This document shows positions 25,438-37,930 of a stretch of 64,000 nucleotides of DNA, one piece after another. Location: assembly GCF_030144855.1 (NCBI RefSeq), contig NC_082713.1, positions 52,328,001 through 52,392,000 of the forward strand, read 5' to 3'. A model generated the notes under the pieces. It searched no databases. It saw only the letters and a program-made list of their open reading frames with translations, and was not told the origin of the DNA. This DNA comes from Hypanus sabinus (lineage: Eukaryota). The position numbers and the translations under genes were made by a program. How positions within the stretch are numbered: position 1 is the first letter of the stretch; the number at the start of each line of letters is the position of its first letter.

Positions 25438-26039
25438 TTTGTCTATCCAAATCCTGGTAAATCCTGTCCTTTGAATTCCCCCCTGTAACTTCCCCAATAC
25501 TGATATTAGGCTAACTGGCCTGTTGTTCACTAGCTCATCTTTATTGCCCTTCTTATACAATGGAACAACATTAGCCACCTTCCGGTCTTGGAATACACCA
25601 GCAGTTAATGATGAAGCAAATATCTCTGAAAGGGCTTTCACGATTTCTTCCCTAGCTTCCTACAGAGTTTGAGGATACACTCAAAGTTAAAGTTAAAGTA
25701 AATTTATTTTTAAAATATGTATATGTATACAATATGTCACTTTGGGACTAATTTTGATATTCAATCAGGATCTGGGGAGTTATCCACTTTAATACACAGC
25801 AGGTTGCAAATAGTTTCTCCCTGGTATAATGAATGTCCTCCAAAGCATCTCCACTTGTTTCCCTTATCTCTTGAGCAACCATGACTTTTTTTCCTCAGTA
25901 AACACTGAGAAGAACTATTTGTTACCCTTCACCCTAACATGAACCTGCTGGTCCTGTAAATTGGTATTGCACCTTTTAAAGCTCCCCACTTACCAACTCA
26001 ATTGATTTCTGCTGGATTCTGTCTCATTTCTCCAAAATT

Positions 26040-26180
26040 AGAAACCCAAGAGATTTGCAGATGCTAGAAATCCAGAGAAGCACACACAAATAGCTGGAGG
26101 AGCTCAGCAGGTTAGGCAGCATCAATGGAGGGGAATAAACAGTCAGTGTTTTGGGCTGAGACCTGATGAAGGTTCTCATC
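26040..26180 (-). repeat. Penelope-derived short repeat
   Basis: gcagatgctagaaatcc...gctggaggagctcagcagg...ttttgggctgagacc. Confidence 0.65.
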
Positions 26181-26829
26181 ACTCAATTCTACTCACTTGA
26201 TGACCCTCCCCTTCATGAATGTCATTACTAAGCACTGTTGTTATGTCCTCCCTTATCAAAATGGCAATACCTCCTCCTCACTTACCTGTATCTCTGTCAT
26301 GCCTGTAGTGTTGTATCCTGGAATACAGAACTACCAGTCTTCATGGTAATAATATTTCCATTCTCAGAGCTAATCCATGCCCTGAGTTCACCTCCTTTAT
26401 CTGTTAAATCTTGAGCATTGAAATATATGCATAAAATACCATTTAACCTGGTATTTCTGTGCGTACCTTTACTGCATCCATGATTATCCTGCTTCCTGGA
26501 CTTGCTCTTGTTAGCTTCTGCTTTTTCCCATGACTTGCTTCTGCTCAGAGTCCCAACCTTATGCCAATCTAGTTTAAGCCCTCCTGTGTAGCACTAGCAA
26601 ATTTCCCTGCAAGGGTATTTATCCCTCTTCAGTTCAAATGCAACTGATCCCTCTTTTACAGGTTGCCTCTACCCTAGTAGAGATCCCATTGGTCCTAGTA
26701 CCTGAATTGGTGCTTCGCTCACTAGCTGTTTAGACATAGACACATTAGGCCTATCCTACTACATTAAGGCATGCTACTTTAATTTACTTAGGCACTGGGA
26801 ATGACAGTGACCTTCTTAAAGCAAGTGGG

Positions 26830-27215
26830 AACCTCAGATTGAAGTTGGGAGAAATTAAGATTATCTGCAGCTGATCTGCACAGGACCTGAGGGCACAGCT
26901 GGGCTTGCCATTAGGTTTATTGTCTGACATCTGCAATAGCTGCTGTGGGTTCTGGTGCATTGATGGCTATCAGCATGAGTGATGACATTCCATTTCCTTC
27001 CAGTTCAAAATATGCATAGAATGCCTTAAGCACATCAGCAAAGAAAGTGCTCCGCTTCATGATGCCACGTGACTTTGTTTGGTAGCTAATTATAAGCATG
27101 TAAGCATTAGCACAACTGGCAGATGCTCTTGGACTCAATTTTGGACTGGTACTATCTCTTGCCTACTCAGAGAACTTTAAGGATTGTTTCTCGAAGGTTC
27201 TCAAGGGAAGGCTCG
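26830..27215 (-). mobile_element. decayed Rex1-type LINE fragment
   Basis: DVLKAFYAYFE, similar to DELNTFYASFE in the element at 1175. Confidence 0.55.
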
Positions 27216-27899
27216 CACAAGAAGGAGATATTAAATGAGAAGGAACTATTTGAGGGGTAAATCCCATGCTGGTTAGGAAGTCCAACTGCAATACAATTTG
27301 TTTGCTTTACAATGGTTTATAGTGTTGAGAGATGTACAATTTTTGCTTTTTGTGTAATTCATGTGAAGTATTTCAGGACAAAGAATATGTAGAACAAAGA
27401 AGAGCTCAATCTATCAGATTTCCAAAAAAAATATCTACCAGATTAGCCGTTGATCAATGGGCATGTGGATCAAACATTACAAATGCAACATCTGTAGAAG
27501 ACTACATTTGTTTTCAGAAAAAGAGAGGAGCACAACAAAACTCCTTCACATCCTGAGTGTTTCTGTATGAGATTCCATGGTTAAAACTATCAACCTAATG
27601 GCTTGGAAGAATCAACAGGAACTCTATAATTTACTTAGAACATAACAGACACATGCTAAAATAGTCACATGCTTTGCCTGTTTTTCTGAAATATTAGAAG
27701 TTTACTATGCTTGAATAATTTGAAGGATTATGATAATTGTGGACATTTATTGGGAGGCTGGATCCTCTGCAGACGTTATTGCTAACTCAGCTAAGAACCC
27801 AAAGAACATCAATGGAAGAGATAAAATTATGTACATCTATTTAATAGAATTTAAAAAGTGCACATTAGTAGCATAAACAAAAATGCCAGTTGTTTTTAC

Positions 27900-28022
27900 T
27901 GACAAGAGAAAATCTGCAGATGCTGAAAATCCGAGCAACAAAATACTGGAGGAACTCAGCAGGCCAGGAAGCACCTCAGAAAAGAATACAGTCGATGTTT
28001 TGGGCCAAAACTTTTCAGCAGA
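27900..28022 (-). repeat. Penelope-derived short repeat
   Basis: caagagaaaatctgcagatgctg...ctggaggaactcagcaggccagg...gtcgatgttttgggcc. Confidence 0.7.
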
Positions 28023-30984
28023 ATTGTTTTTTACTGTTCTATTGTAATGCTTCTGAAAACAAAATTTAAAAAAAAAGTCAGTGAAGGACCTCAAAACAAT
28101 CAGGCACGTTGCATAACCTTTCAATACAAAATAGAGTATGCAGATTGATGATGAGAAAATCTATTTTGTAAAGATCCAAAACAGGAAAATAAGCAGAAAT
28201 AGAGGATGTTAATGAGCAGCCTGACAGATTAGTGCAATGACCAACAGCTGATAACTGCTTCTTCTAATTTCCAAATCTGCCTGCTGCCTAAGGCATTATT
28301 GATGAGCACCACACAGTGTACCCATCTGTGTTTGTCCATCTGTGCAGCTCCTGTTATCTTACCACATCCTGTCATAGTTAACGATCAACAATTTTTAAAC
28401 CAGATAATAATATACAAACTGTTGTGAAATGAACTGTTCTAATCTCAGTACATGAAACTTGCATGACAAAGTATTTCTGAATCCGTACTTCCCCTTGATG
28501 GGACAATATATATAGCTTCCCTACTTCCGAATTTGTTTTTCTCAGAAAAAGGAAGAACCATATATATGACAACATGTTGTTTATTGAAGGTTCAAAGATT
28601 AGAAGTGTCATTTCATCTCAGGATGGTCTCATCATATTGGAATTATTTCAAAGACGGTAATAAGTTATTGACATTGGCCAACATCCTGTACTTAATAGAC
28701 GGGGCTGGATTCAATGGATGTGAAGTCATTCTACCATGCTTTTCTTTCAAGCTCACCTGCAGGATGATAAGTGGTGACTATAAGAAGTGACTGAAGTGAA
28801 GCTGGAATTCTCTAAATTAACTATCTTGAGCTGACTTCATAAGTTATAGTAAATTGGAGAAAAGATTTTAATAGCTAGAGCCTGAGTATATCTGGAGAAA
28901 TACGTCTTTGCTTGTTTTTTCTAGACAGACGGCCTTAAAGTTGACATGTTCATAAGAAGCAGGATCAGTGTTTGGGCATTTGGCCTTCTGTGGCTGGTTT
29001 ACTATTCAATCAGACCTGGCTAATCTTTTATCTCAATGCCTTCCCTGCATGGAACACATTTTGTTTGATTCCTTTAATGACTTAAGAAAAATCTTTCCAC
29101 CTCAGAATTTAGTAAGTACATGAAAATCCATGATTCATTGGTGTTGTTTGTTTTTATGAAGAATATTGTTTATTCTTATTATGCCCTTAAAATGATATAA
29201 CAGTATTTTTCATTTCATAACCAACTCCTTATCAAAGTAATTTGAAAACCAACCCTTGTTACTGAGAAATATATCAGTATTGGGTACTGATTGCTGTTCC
29301 TTACTACTGCTTCTCTTTGTTTCATCCTCTTTTATTCTTGTCAGTGTATTGAATCAAAATATCTTCATTATTAAGTACTAAGAATCTGTTTTTAAAATTC
29401 TTAAATCCTTTAACATAGCAATAAAAAATACAAATAAAATGTCTACCCAAAATGTTTGTTTTACTTGAAAATTCTGAAAATGTCACATGAAATACCTGCT
29501 TTCCAAAGTGTAGCATCCTTTATTTGATACTGAACTGATAACGTAGTGTTTGACCCCATTTTGATCTTAAAGCTCTTAGCAGTTTTTGCTGTAAGTTTTC
29601 AAACCGTCTCAAGTGTGTATTCCCTGTGTAGTGAATCGGGTCATATCTCCAGTCACATCCCCTACTTGATTCCAATATGATTTTGTTGCCACACAGCTCC
29701 ACATTGTTGCGTCACTGACACCATCCTTTTATCATAAGAGCAATAAAACCCACAAGGATACCCACTTCCCTTAACTACAACCCTTTAGGTATACGGGTGC
29801 AGGGGTAAACCAAATGACCTATGATGAATCTGCAACTCCAATCAATCGGATCATGGTAAATCTGTTGACTAATTCCAGATTCACAGGTTTACCGCAAGCC
29901 TTTTATGCCATGACAGTCACAAATGATTGAGGTTCAGCTGGTGCCTGAAGGAGAGAGTAACATTTTTATCTGTTTCTGAAAGGCCAGGCTCATTCTGTTC
30001 AATTCAACATGCTAATTGCACTAATCATTATCCTCATAATTTAACCATGGTTCAGATAGCATCATAGTAAATATGTGTTGTACGTATTTGTCATAGGAAA
30101 TATGCCCTATATCCTTTCTGCTTCCCAGAATTGCTCGCAATATTTTTGCTCATTTCCTGCCACAGATCATTCAATCTCTTGTATAGGGTGACCCAACAGT
30201 TACTCCTTTGCACCATTTATTTATTTTATTATTTATTGAACTTATAGTACTCTTTATATCTTGCTTTGTACTGCTGCCTCAAAACAGCAAATTTCATGAC
30301 ATTTGTCAGTGATAATAAACTTGATTTCGATTCTAATTCTGTTCAGTCTCATTGCAATCTCACACAGTTCAAATGTAGAGTAATTTGCCGTGGATAAGAA
30401 AATCCCAGCATTTTTGACATTTGTTTATGAACTATTTCCCTATGAAATGCATTTAAATACTGTATAGATTTGTTTTGATATTCCTAATTGCAGTTTTCTA
30501 TTTCTATGAAAACCGTTTACTCCAGATTACCACTAGAGGACACCATATGTTTAAATTGTGAAAATAGCAGTAACTGGTATAACCCTTCTAATTGAATATA
30601 CAGAGCACAGATGGCTAAATATTCAGAAGGATATAAAGAACATCACATCTCAAGATACAGAGTAAAATTGATTCAATGCATAGAATTACAAATTAATATA
30701 GTCTGCCTTTACACTATGTATAACAGATGCAGTATTCTGTTAAACCAAATATGAATTCATTTGGTTACTGTATTTGTTAAGCAGTGAATTGACTGAAATA
30801 TTGGAAGAAGTTCAATGAAGAGAGTTCAAGGAACAGCAGGAAAATAATTTTAACTAGCTGGCTATTTCACTTTCTGTAAGTGAGACCATACTGTGTTTGA
30901 AAATTGCTACTCTGTTTGCTTAAACAATGATAGCAACTAATAAGCAACTTTCTGGTGCTCCCAGTGCAGTCCCTTTTATGCTGA

Positions 30985-31510
30985 TAAGACCCAGTGTAGA
31001 TTGGGGAACTGCTTTGTCAAGCACTTCCGTTCCATCTGCAAAAAGCAGAATTTCCCTGCAGCCAAACCATTTTAATTTCTATCCCCATCCCCATTCCACC
31101 ATGTCAGTCCATAGCCCCTGTTCTGCCATGAAGAGGTCACTCTCAGGTTGGAGGAGCAACACCTCATATTCTTTCAGGGTAGTCTCCAACTGGGTGGCAT
31201 GAATGTCTATTTCTCTCACTTCCGGTAAAACTTTTTTCTTCCTCTTCCCTCTTTTTCATATCCCCACACTGGCCTCTCACCTCTTCTCCTCATCTGCCTT
31301 TCACCTCCTCCTTTCCTTTCTACCATGGTCCACTCTCCTCTCCTATCATATTCCTTCATCCTCAGCCCTTTACCTTCTCCACATATCACCTCCCTGCTTC
31401 TTGCTGCATTCCCCCTTCCACTCACCTGGCTTCACCCATCGCCTTCTACCTTGCCCTCCTTTCCCTCTTCCCACTTTCTTATTCTGACATCTTCCCCCTT
31501 CCTTTCCAGT
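30985..31510 (+). mobile_element. Penelope-like element, GIY-YIG C-terminus and tail
   Basis: Reads RLGNCFVKH..., VA.HFN-like and LRLEEQHLIF...LQ..GMN segments; followed by a pyrimidine-rich tail. Confidence 0.72.
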
Positions 31511-32004
31511 GAGTTGCAGAGAAATCAACACAGGAGGTGGAGGAGTTGGTCCCGGCAGTGCCCTGGCTGGGATCTGGCAGAGATGCTTGGAGAACTGGGG
31601 CTTGAGAAAATGACTGAGTGTACTGTTGGGAGTTGGTCTCAGACAGAAAGGGAGGTAGAGATGGCAGGAAGTATGGAGGTAAGGAGATGGTATTGGGTGA
31701 TAGGAGTTGTATGGAGGAAGACAAATGGCAGGTATCTGGGAAAAGAAAAAAAATAAGTGGCTGATTGAAGATTGTCTTGGATTATCATTCAGTGATGAAG
31801 CTAGCAGACAGGACCGAAATAAAAGAAGGAAGGAATAGTTTTGTTGAGTTTTGAACATGATCTGTTTCTGATATCAATCCAATTAGATTAATTTAGGATT
31901 TCATTAGGAGATATTGTGCATATGAAACTTTTCAGAGGTAAAACGCTCTTAGTACTTTGTAATGATCATAAGCAATCTGAGAAAGCTTTGGGACTAAAAG
32001 CTGG

Positions 32005-32352
32005 CCCCGCTCCTTCCTCGTCTTCTCACCTGACTATTGCTACTCTCTGGTGCCCCTCCTCCTTCTCTTTCTCCTGTGGACCACTCTCTTCCGCCAGATT
32101 CCTCCAGCCCTTTACTCTTTCCACCTACTGTATCACCTCCCAGCTACTTGCTTCATCCCCCCCACCCACCCACCTGGCTTCACCTATCATCTTTAAGCTT
32201 GTCCTCTTCCCCCTCCTCCCACCTTTTTACTCTGGTATCTTCCCCCTTCTCAGTCCTGAAAAAGTGTTTTGGCCCAAAATGTCAACTGTTTATTCATCTC
32301 TGTAGATGCTGCCTGACCAGCTGAGTTCTTCCAGCATTTTGTGTGTGTTGCT
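32005..32352 (+). repeat. Penelope-like tail
   Basis: Homologous to 31270-31510; ends agatgctgcctgaccagctgagttcttccagcattttgtgtgtgttgc. Confidence 0.72.
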
Positions 32353-34739
32353 TTCATCCTAATTTCCTGTAAACATAGAGAATAAGCTTTAGTTGGTAAA
32401 ACTTCAATAAATTTCTTAAATTCTTGACCATTATCTAATAAACTTCTAGCATTCCACTGTAAATTAGAAAAGCCATTAACAACTTTCCTTTGAAGTCTGT
32501 ACATTATTTACTCCTCCTTGTAAGGCATCATTAATAACTTTCAGAGTTAAGCCTTTTATCACTAGATGTTGTTCTGCAGCTTTTAGCGTAATTTTAATTT
32601 TTTTCTGTCCTACTTTTAGTTTGCACTGTACAATTTACCACATCTGCCATGAAAGTGTCAAACTTTAGTTTATCAACAATCAGAGAATTCTTTGTTATTC
32701 AATCATGCACTTTATAAACTGCCTTTAATTCTGGATTCATAATTCAGATTTCTTTTATTCTGGATATTAAAAGGTCTCACTGACACTGTCTGTTGTACTT
32801 TCTGCGGAGCTTCTGCATATGATATGTGCATTTCCACCTGAATGTGCTGCACTTTTGCACCTTTCTTATATATGGGACACCCTGCATAAGCAGAGCTATG
32901 TTCCCATCCACAGTTGCTACATATTTGCCTAACATCTCCACAGTTGCTATAATCATATTCTCCACCACATCTACCACACCACTTTTTACCTTTGCACTCT
33001 GTTGCTATATAACCTAACCTCTGGCACTGAAAACATCTAGAGGGGGAGCACATAAACTCAAACCATATAACTCATATAACCTAAATTAATCCTATCCGGC
33101 AAATTTTTCATCAAATTTAAACAACACCAATAAGATATCTGTTCTTACTCCACCATCTAGCTTCCACAGAGTTTTCCATAACTAAATTATTTTAAATTGG
33201 TACATGGATTCATCTGGAGGCACTCCAGTGATTACTTCCCAAAGCCACTGTTGTTCAATATTTTCACATTTCCATCCACACTTTCCAATACATCAGGAGT
33301 CAACCTTTCACCAAGGGTTATAAAAATGTATTACCTGTACTTTACTAATCTTACCCCAAATTCCAAAGACAATTGACTCATAAGCAATTTAATTTTCCAT
33401 AATTCTATGTATTATCCCATTTTTGACAAAAGTAGCCACACTTCCTCCATTAGCCAAGCTCTGAAAGTGTCTTATATCAATATAACCTTGTATATTAAAA
33501 CTTAGACAAGATTTCAGATAGAATTTTAAAAATACAAATTGGGAGGTACTTGATGATTTATGTGAAAATAGATTGCTTGATCATTTGGTTTTGGATGATA
33601 TCAAATTGAGTAATAATACCTTGTGCTCTGTACTCAACTCAATAGCTAAGGAAGCATTTCCCAGATCATCGGTAGATAATAAAAGGAAAGCAGTCCCTTG
33701 GTGAATGTATGAATGTAAAAGAGCTATGAGGGTGTGGAATACAGCTTTTAGGAAAGTTAAGCTGTGTTACTCATATTCACCTTTCAAACAGTATAAAAGA
33801 GTTCAAGCCATAGTTGGAAAAGTAGTGAGAATGGCTAAAAAAAATGTTTTGTGCTGGTATTGAGAAAGAGATCCAGGTAGGGTAAGCTTGGTGTATAATT
33901 CAGAAAATAGGGAAAGTTAGAAAACTTGATGTATTACTGGTTTAGTTTGACAGAAAGATTTTTGCAGTTACTGACTAAAAAAATAACAGAATTATAAGCA
34001 AAAACGAATGTCAATGTATATAGTTCAGCCAATTTAAGTAAAAAAGAGAGGTCTTATAGAGAAACAGTTTTGGCAAGCATACTCGGATTTCTGAGAAAAA
34101 AATGTTCCAGTTCCTGCTTGGATGTCATGTTTACATTGTCTGAACTTAAAAGAGCTACTAGTGGTGCTGGTCAGACATCACCTGGGAAAGATGATATTTG
34201 TTATAACACGTTTACATGATTATTGGATTTGAAACTTAAGTTGTTCTTGGAATTTTTTTATACAACATGGGTCGAAAGGCAACTTCCACCTTCCTGGAAA
34301 TTAGCAGATGTTATTCCAATACACCAGCAACCTGGGTTCACTTCCTGCTTCTGTCTGTAAGGAGTTCGTACATTCAAATGCATTGGGGTTTAGACGGGGA
34401 AAAGATGGGAATAGATGTAAAATATTCAACCGGATTCAAAATAATTGATGTGACAGGAAATACAAGTTAGGGTGGGATCAACATTCTCTAAGGAGTGTGA
34501 GATAGAGAATGGAACTTAATAGGGGAATGTGTGTAGCCCACTGCTTTTTAGTATTATGATTAATGATATTTTTTCTTAAATGTTGGTTCAGACATTAGCA
34601 AATCTTTATATGCTTCTGCTGATGATGATGATGCAGTATGGAAGAGAGGTAAGAATATAAATTATATGGTTAGGAAAATGAATGAAGTAGAGGAATGAGG
34701 CTGTCAGTGAAGGATTAAAAATTCTGTTGCAAAGACTCA

Positions 34740-34990
34740 TAGAAACATAGAAAACATACAAAGCTGTGTTGAACATGTCCTTACCTTAGAACTACCTGGG
34801 ATTACCCAGAGCTCTCTGTTTTTCTAAGCTCCATGTACCTATCCAGGAGTTTCTTAAAGGACCCTATCATTTCCACCTCCACCACCATCACCGGCAGCCC
34901 ATTCCACACACTCACCACTCCCTGCATAAAAAACTTAACCCTGACATCTACTCAGTACCTACTGCCAAGCACCTTAAAATTATGCCCTCA
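34740..34990 (-). mobile_element. CR1 3' fragment
   Basis: Homologous to 17120-17400; (catagaaa)n tail on the plus strand. Confidence 0.8.
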
Positions 34991-35086
34991 AATAACTAAA
35001 GTTATTTGTTATCCTAAATGGAACAATTGAGCTCAAGTCATATGGTAAATCACTTAAACAAGAGTTTGTAGTAAAGTTTCTAGGTA

Positions 35087-35220
35087 CAAACAAGAGAAAA
35101 TCTGCAGGTGCTGGAAATCCAAGCAACACACATAAAACATACATGGAGTAACTCAGCAGGCCAGGCAGCTTCTATGGAAAAGAGCACAGTCGAAGTTTTA
35201 GGCCAACACCCTTCAGCAGT
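35087..35220 (-). repeat. Penelope-derived short repeat
   Basis: aacaagagaaaatctgcaggtgctggaaatcc...actcagcaggccaggcagc...cccttcagcag. Confidence 0.7.
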
Positions 35221-36237
35221 TTCTAGGTACTGTATGTGGATGGACACAAGGCTAACATGAAATGAGCATGTGAATAAAATTCTAGAGAACTGTAAAAAAG
35301 CCATTAATGTGCTTAGGTGCTTAGTTGAGTGTGATTGGGGTGCGAGTAGGAGGTTGCTTAAACAAACGTACTTTGCTTTAACGAGATCCGTCCTTGACAA
35401 TGGATGTGTTGGTTGCTTAAGGGTCAGCCTCACCAGTGGTCTTAAAGCCCCTAGGCATTGTTGAACCTTAAGCATTGCTATTAAATCATCCCCAATTTAG
35501 GCATTACTGGTGGAAATGGGTGATGAAACTTTATATTTATGCAGACTACAGTTAGGTAAAGGTTTATTGGGTTAATATAAGAGGACATAAATTTGGTCAT
35601 CTAACATTAGTAGAGTGTTGGGAACATTAAATTCATACGTTTCAGTTTTGGGTGGATGAGAAATGAATGGGCACAAAATCTTGGGGTGTTTAATATGGAA
35701 AATGATCCCAATGTGCCCTTTTCTGCACTCCTCCATGATTTTTCCCTTTGCCTGTGGTTGATTTAAGTCCTCAAGAAAAGATCAAGATGAAGATTAATTG
35801 TATATCAGTGGCACAGAAAGTTCAGCAAGATATGCAAGGCAGATATGGCTTCTGACATATCTATACAGATGGTTCAAAAGATCCAGTGACAATTTGTGAC
35901 AGGTATTTCTGTTCATGTTACAAATTTTTAGGTGTCTATTAAGAAAAACATTATCATACAAAGTGCCAGGATTCACGTCTGAGATGGTTGCTATCATTTT
36001 AACTTTGAAATGGGTTGAAGAAGTATACCCTGATTATGCAGTTCTGTGCACTGCTTCATTCTCAGTTTTGACATCTATTGAAATAGGTACTTCACATTTT
36101 AGGCCAGATACTTTTCTTGAGATTGGACAACATCTGTTGAGGTTGCAGGGTCTAGGTTTATGTATACATTTCATATGGGTTCCTGCATGTAGGAAAAAAA
36201 GGTGGCAGACATTCTCGCCAAGCAATCACTTAAAATC

Positions 36238-37350
36238 AAGGATCCGCCCTGCTCTGCTGGGTGAGAAGCTGACAGTGATGCAGGTGGATGCTTCCCTGGT
36301 GTCATGGATTATTGATTACCTGACTGGCAGACCACAATACATGCGCTTGCAACACTGTGTGTCAGACAGAGTGGTCAGCAGCACTGGGGCTCCACAGGGG
36401 ACTGTCCTGTCTCCCTTTCTCTTCACCATCTACACCTCAGACTTCAACTACTGCACAGAGTCTTGCCATCTTCAGAAGTTTTCTGATGATTCTGCCATAG
36501 TTGGATGCATCAGCAAGGGAGATGAGGCTGAGAACAGGGCTACGGTGCAAAACTTTGTCACATGGTGTGATCAGAATCATCTGCAGCTTAATGTGAAAAA
36601 GACTAAGGAGCTAGTGGTGGACCTGAGGGGGGCTAAGGCACCTGTGACACCTGTTTCCATCCAAGGGGTCGGTGTGGACATAGTGGAGGATTACAAATAC
36701 CTGGGGATACGAATTGACAATAAACTGGACTGGTAAAAGAATACTAAGGCTGTCTACAAGAAGGGTCAGAGCCGTCTCTATTTCCTGAGGAGACTGAAGT
36801 CCTTTAACATCTGCCGCAAGATGCTGAGGATGTTCTACAAGGCTGTGGTGGCCAGTGCTATCATGTTTGCTGTTGTGTGCTGGGGCAGCAGGCTGAGGGT
36901 AGCAGACACCAACAGAATCAACAAACTCATTCGTAAGGCCAGTGATGTTGTGCGGGTGGAACTGGACTCTCTGATGGTGGTGTCTGAAAAGAGGATGCTG
37001 TCCAAGTTGCATGCCATCTTGGACAATGGCTCCCATCCACTCCATAATATACTGGTTAGGCACAGGAGTCCATTCAGCCAGAGACTCATTCCACTGAGAT
37101 GCAACACTGAGTGTCATAGTAAGTCATTCCTGCCTGTGGCCATCAAACTTTACACCTCGGAGTGTCAGATGCCCTACGCCAATAGGCTGGTCCTGGACTT
37201 ATTTCCACTTGGCACAATTTACTTATTATTATTTAATTATTTATGGTTTTATATTACAATATTTCTACAATATTCTTGGTTGTTGTGACTGTAACGAAAT
37301 CCAATTTCCCTCGGGATCAATAAAGTATGTTTGTCTGTCTGTCTGTCTGT
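36238..37350 (+). mobile_element. relatively young Rex1/Babar-type LINE 3' part
   Basis: WIIDYLTGRPQY, TGAPQGTVLSPFLF, QKFSDDSAIVG, YKYLG, KGQSRLYFLRRL; few lesions; (tctg)n tail. Confidence 0.9.
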
Positions 37351-37529
37351 CAAATGTAGCAGCTGCTTTGCATAAAGGGAGGTGAAAGCCATAATTAAAA
37401 TACTGTATCTGTTTAGACATTGTGTCAACGAAGTTGGGATAAGGACAAGAAAGAACAGGATATATATAAAATTTGGAGGATGGTGGGAACTCAACTGGGA
37501 GATGGATATAAAAGAAGGGAAGAAGTAGA

Positions 37530-37930
37530 ATATCGAGGAATGTTGGGGGATTGCATTGAAACCTATTGAAAATTGAAAGGCCTTGATAAAGTGGCTGTTA
37601 GGAGGATGTTTCTTATAGTTGGGGAGTCTAAGCGTAGACAGCACAGCCACAGATTAGAAGGACATCGCTTTTGAACAGAGATTAATTATTTTAGCCAAGT
37701 GACAGTGAATCTGTGGAATTCGTTACCTCAGATGGCTGTGGAGCCCAAGTCTTTGGGTGTATTTAAAGTGGAGATTGATGGGTCTTGTTTAAAAAGAGCT
37801 TCAAAGATTACAGGAAGAAGGCAGGTGAATAGGATTGAGAAGGATAATAAATCAACAATGATCAAAAGGCAGAGGACACCATGTGCAGAATGGCCTAATT
37901 CTGCTCCTATGTCTAATGGTTTTATGGGCT
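37530..37930 (+). mobile_element. CR1 3' fragment
   Basis: VNLWNSLPQMAVE.KSLGVFKVEID; ends gaatggcctaattctgctcctatgtc. Confidence 0.75.

Larger units (their letters stand above)
23985..26760 (-). mobile_element. old fragmented CR1 LINE (RT, APE and ORF1-esterase remnants) interrupted by younger insertions
   Basis: Minus-strand remnants KFADDTK, VANVVPLYKKG...RPVSLIS and ELRAWIS-like segments. Confidence 0.65.
31511..37430. mobile_element. decayed, internally rearranged I/Nimb-type LINE (gag-like CCHC ORF1, APE, RT, RNase H)
   Basis: Minus strand: RCFQCQRLGY.A..C and CSNCG.EH.....C zinc knuckles, LQWNARSL...LCLQE, GGSVATFVK. Plus strand: TSPGKDDICY, SPLLFSIMINDIF, NVLRCL...WGA, YTDGSK, EMVAI, WVPA (RNase H). 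Confidence 0.8.

Noticed and set aside
35915-36736. 273-aa ORF with RNase H-like and RT-like parts
   Set aside because: Chance in-frame fusion of a decayed I/Nimb RNase H with an inserted Rex1-type RT fragment; not a domesticated gene as far as can be seen.
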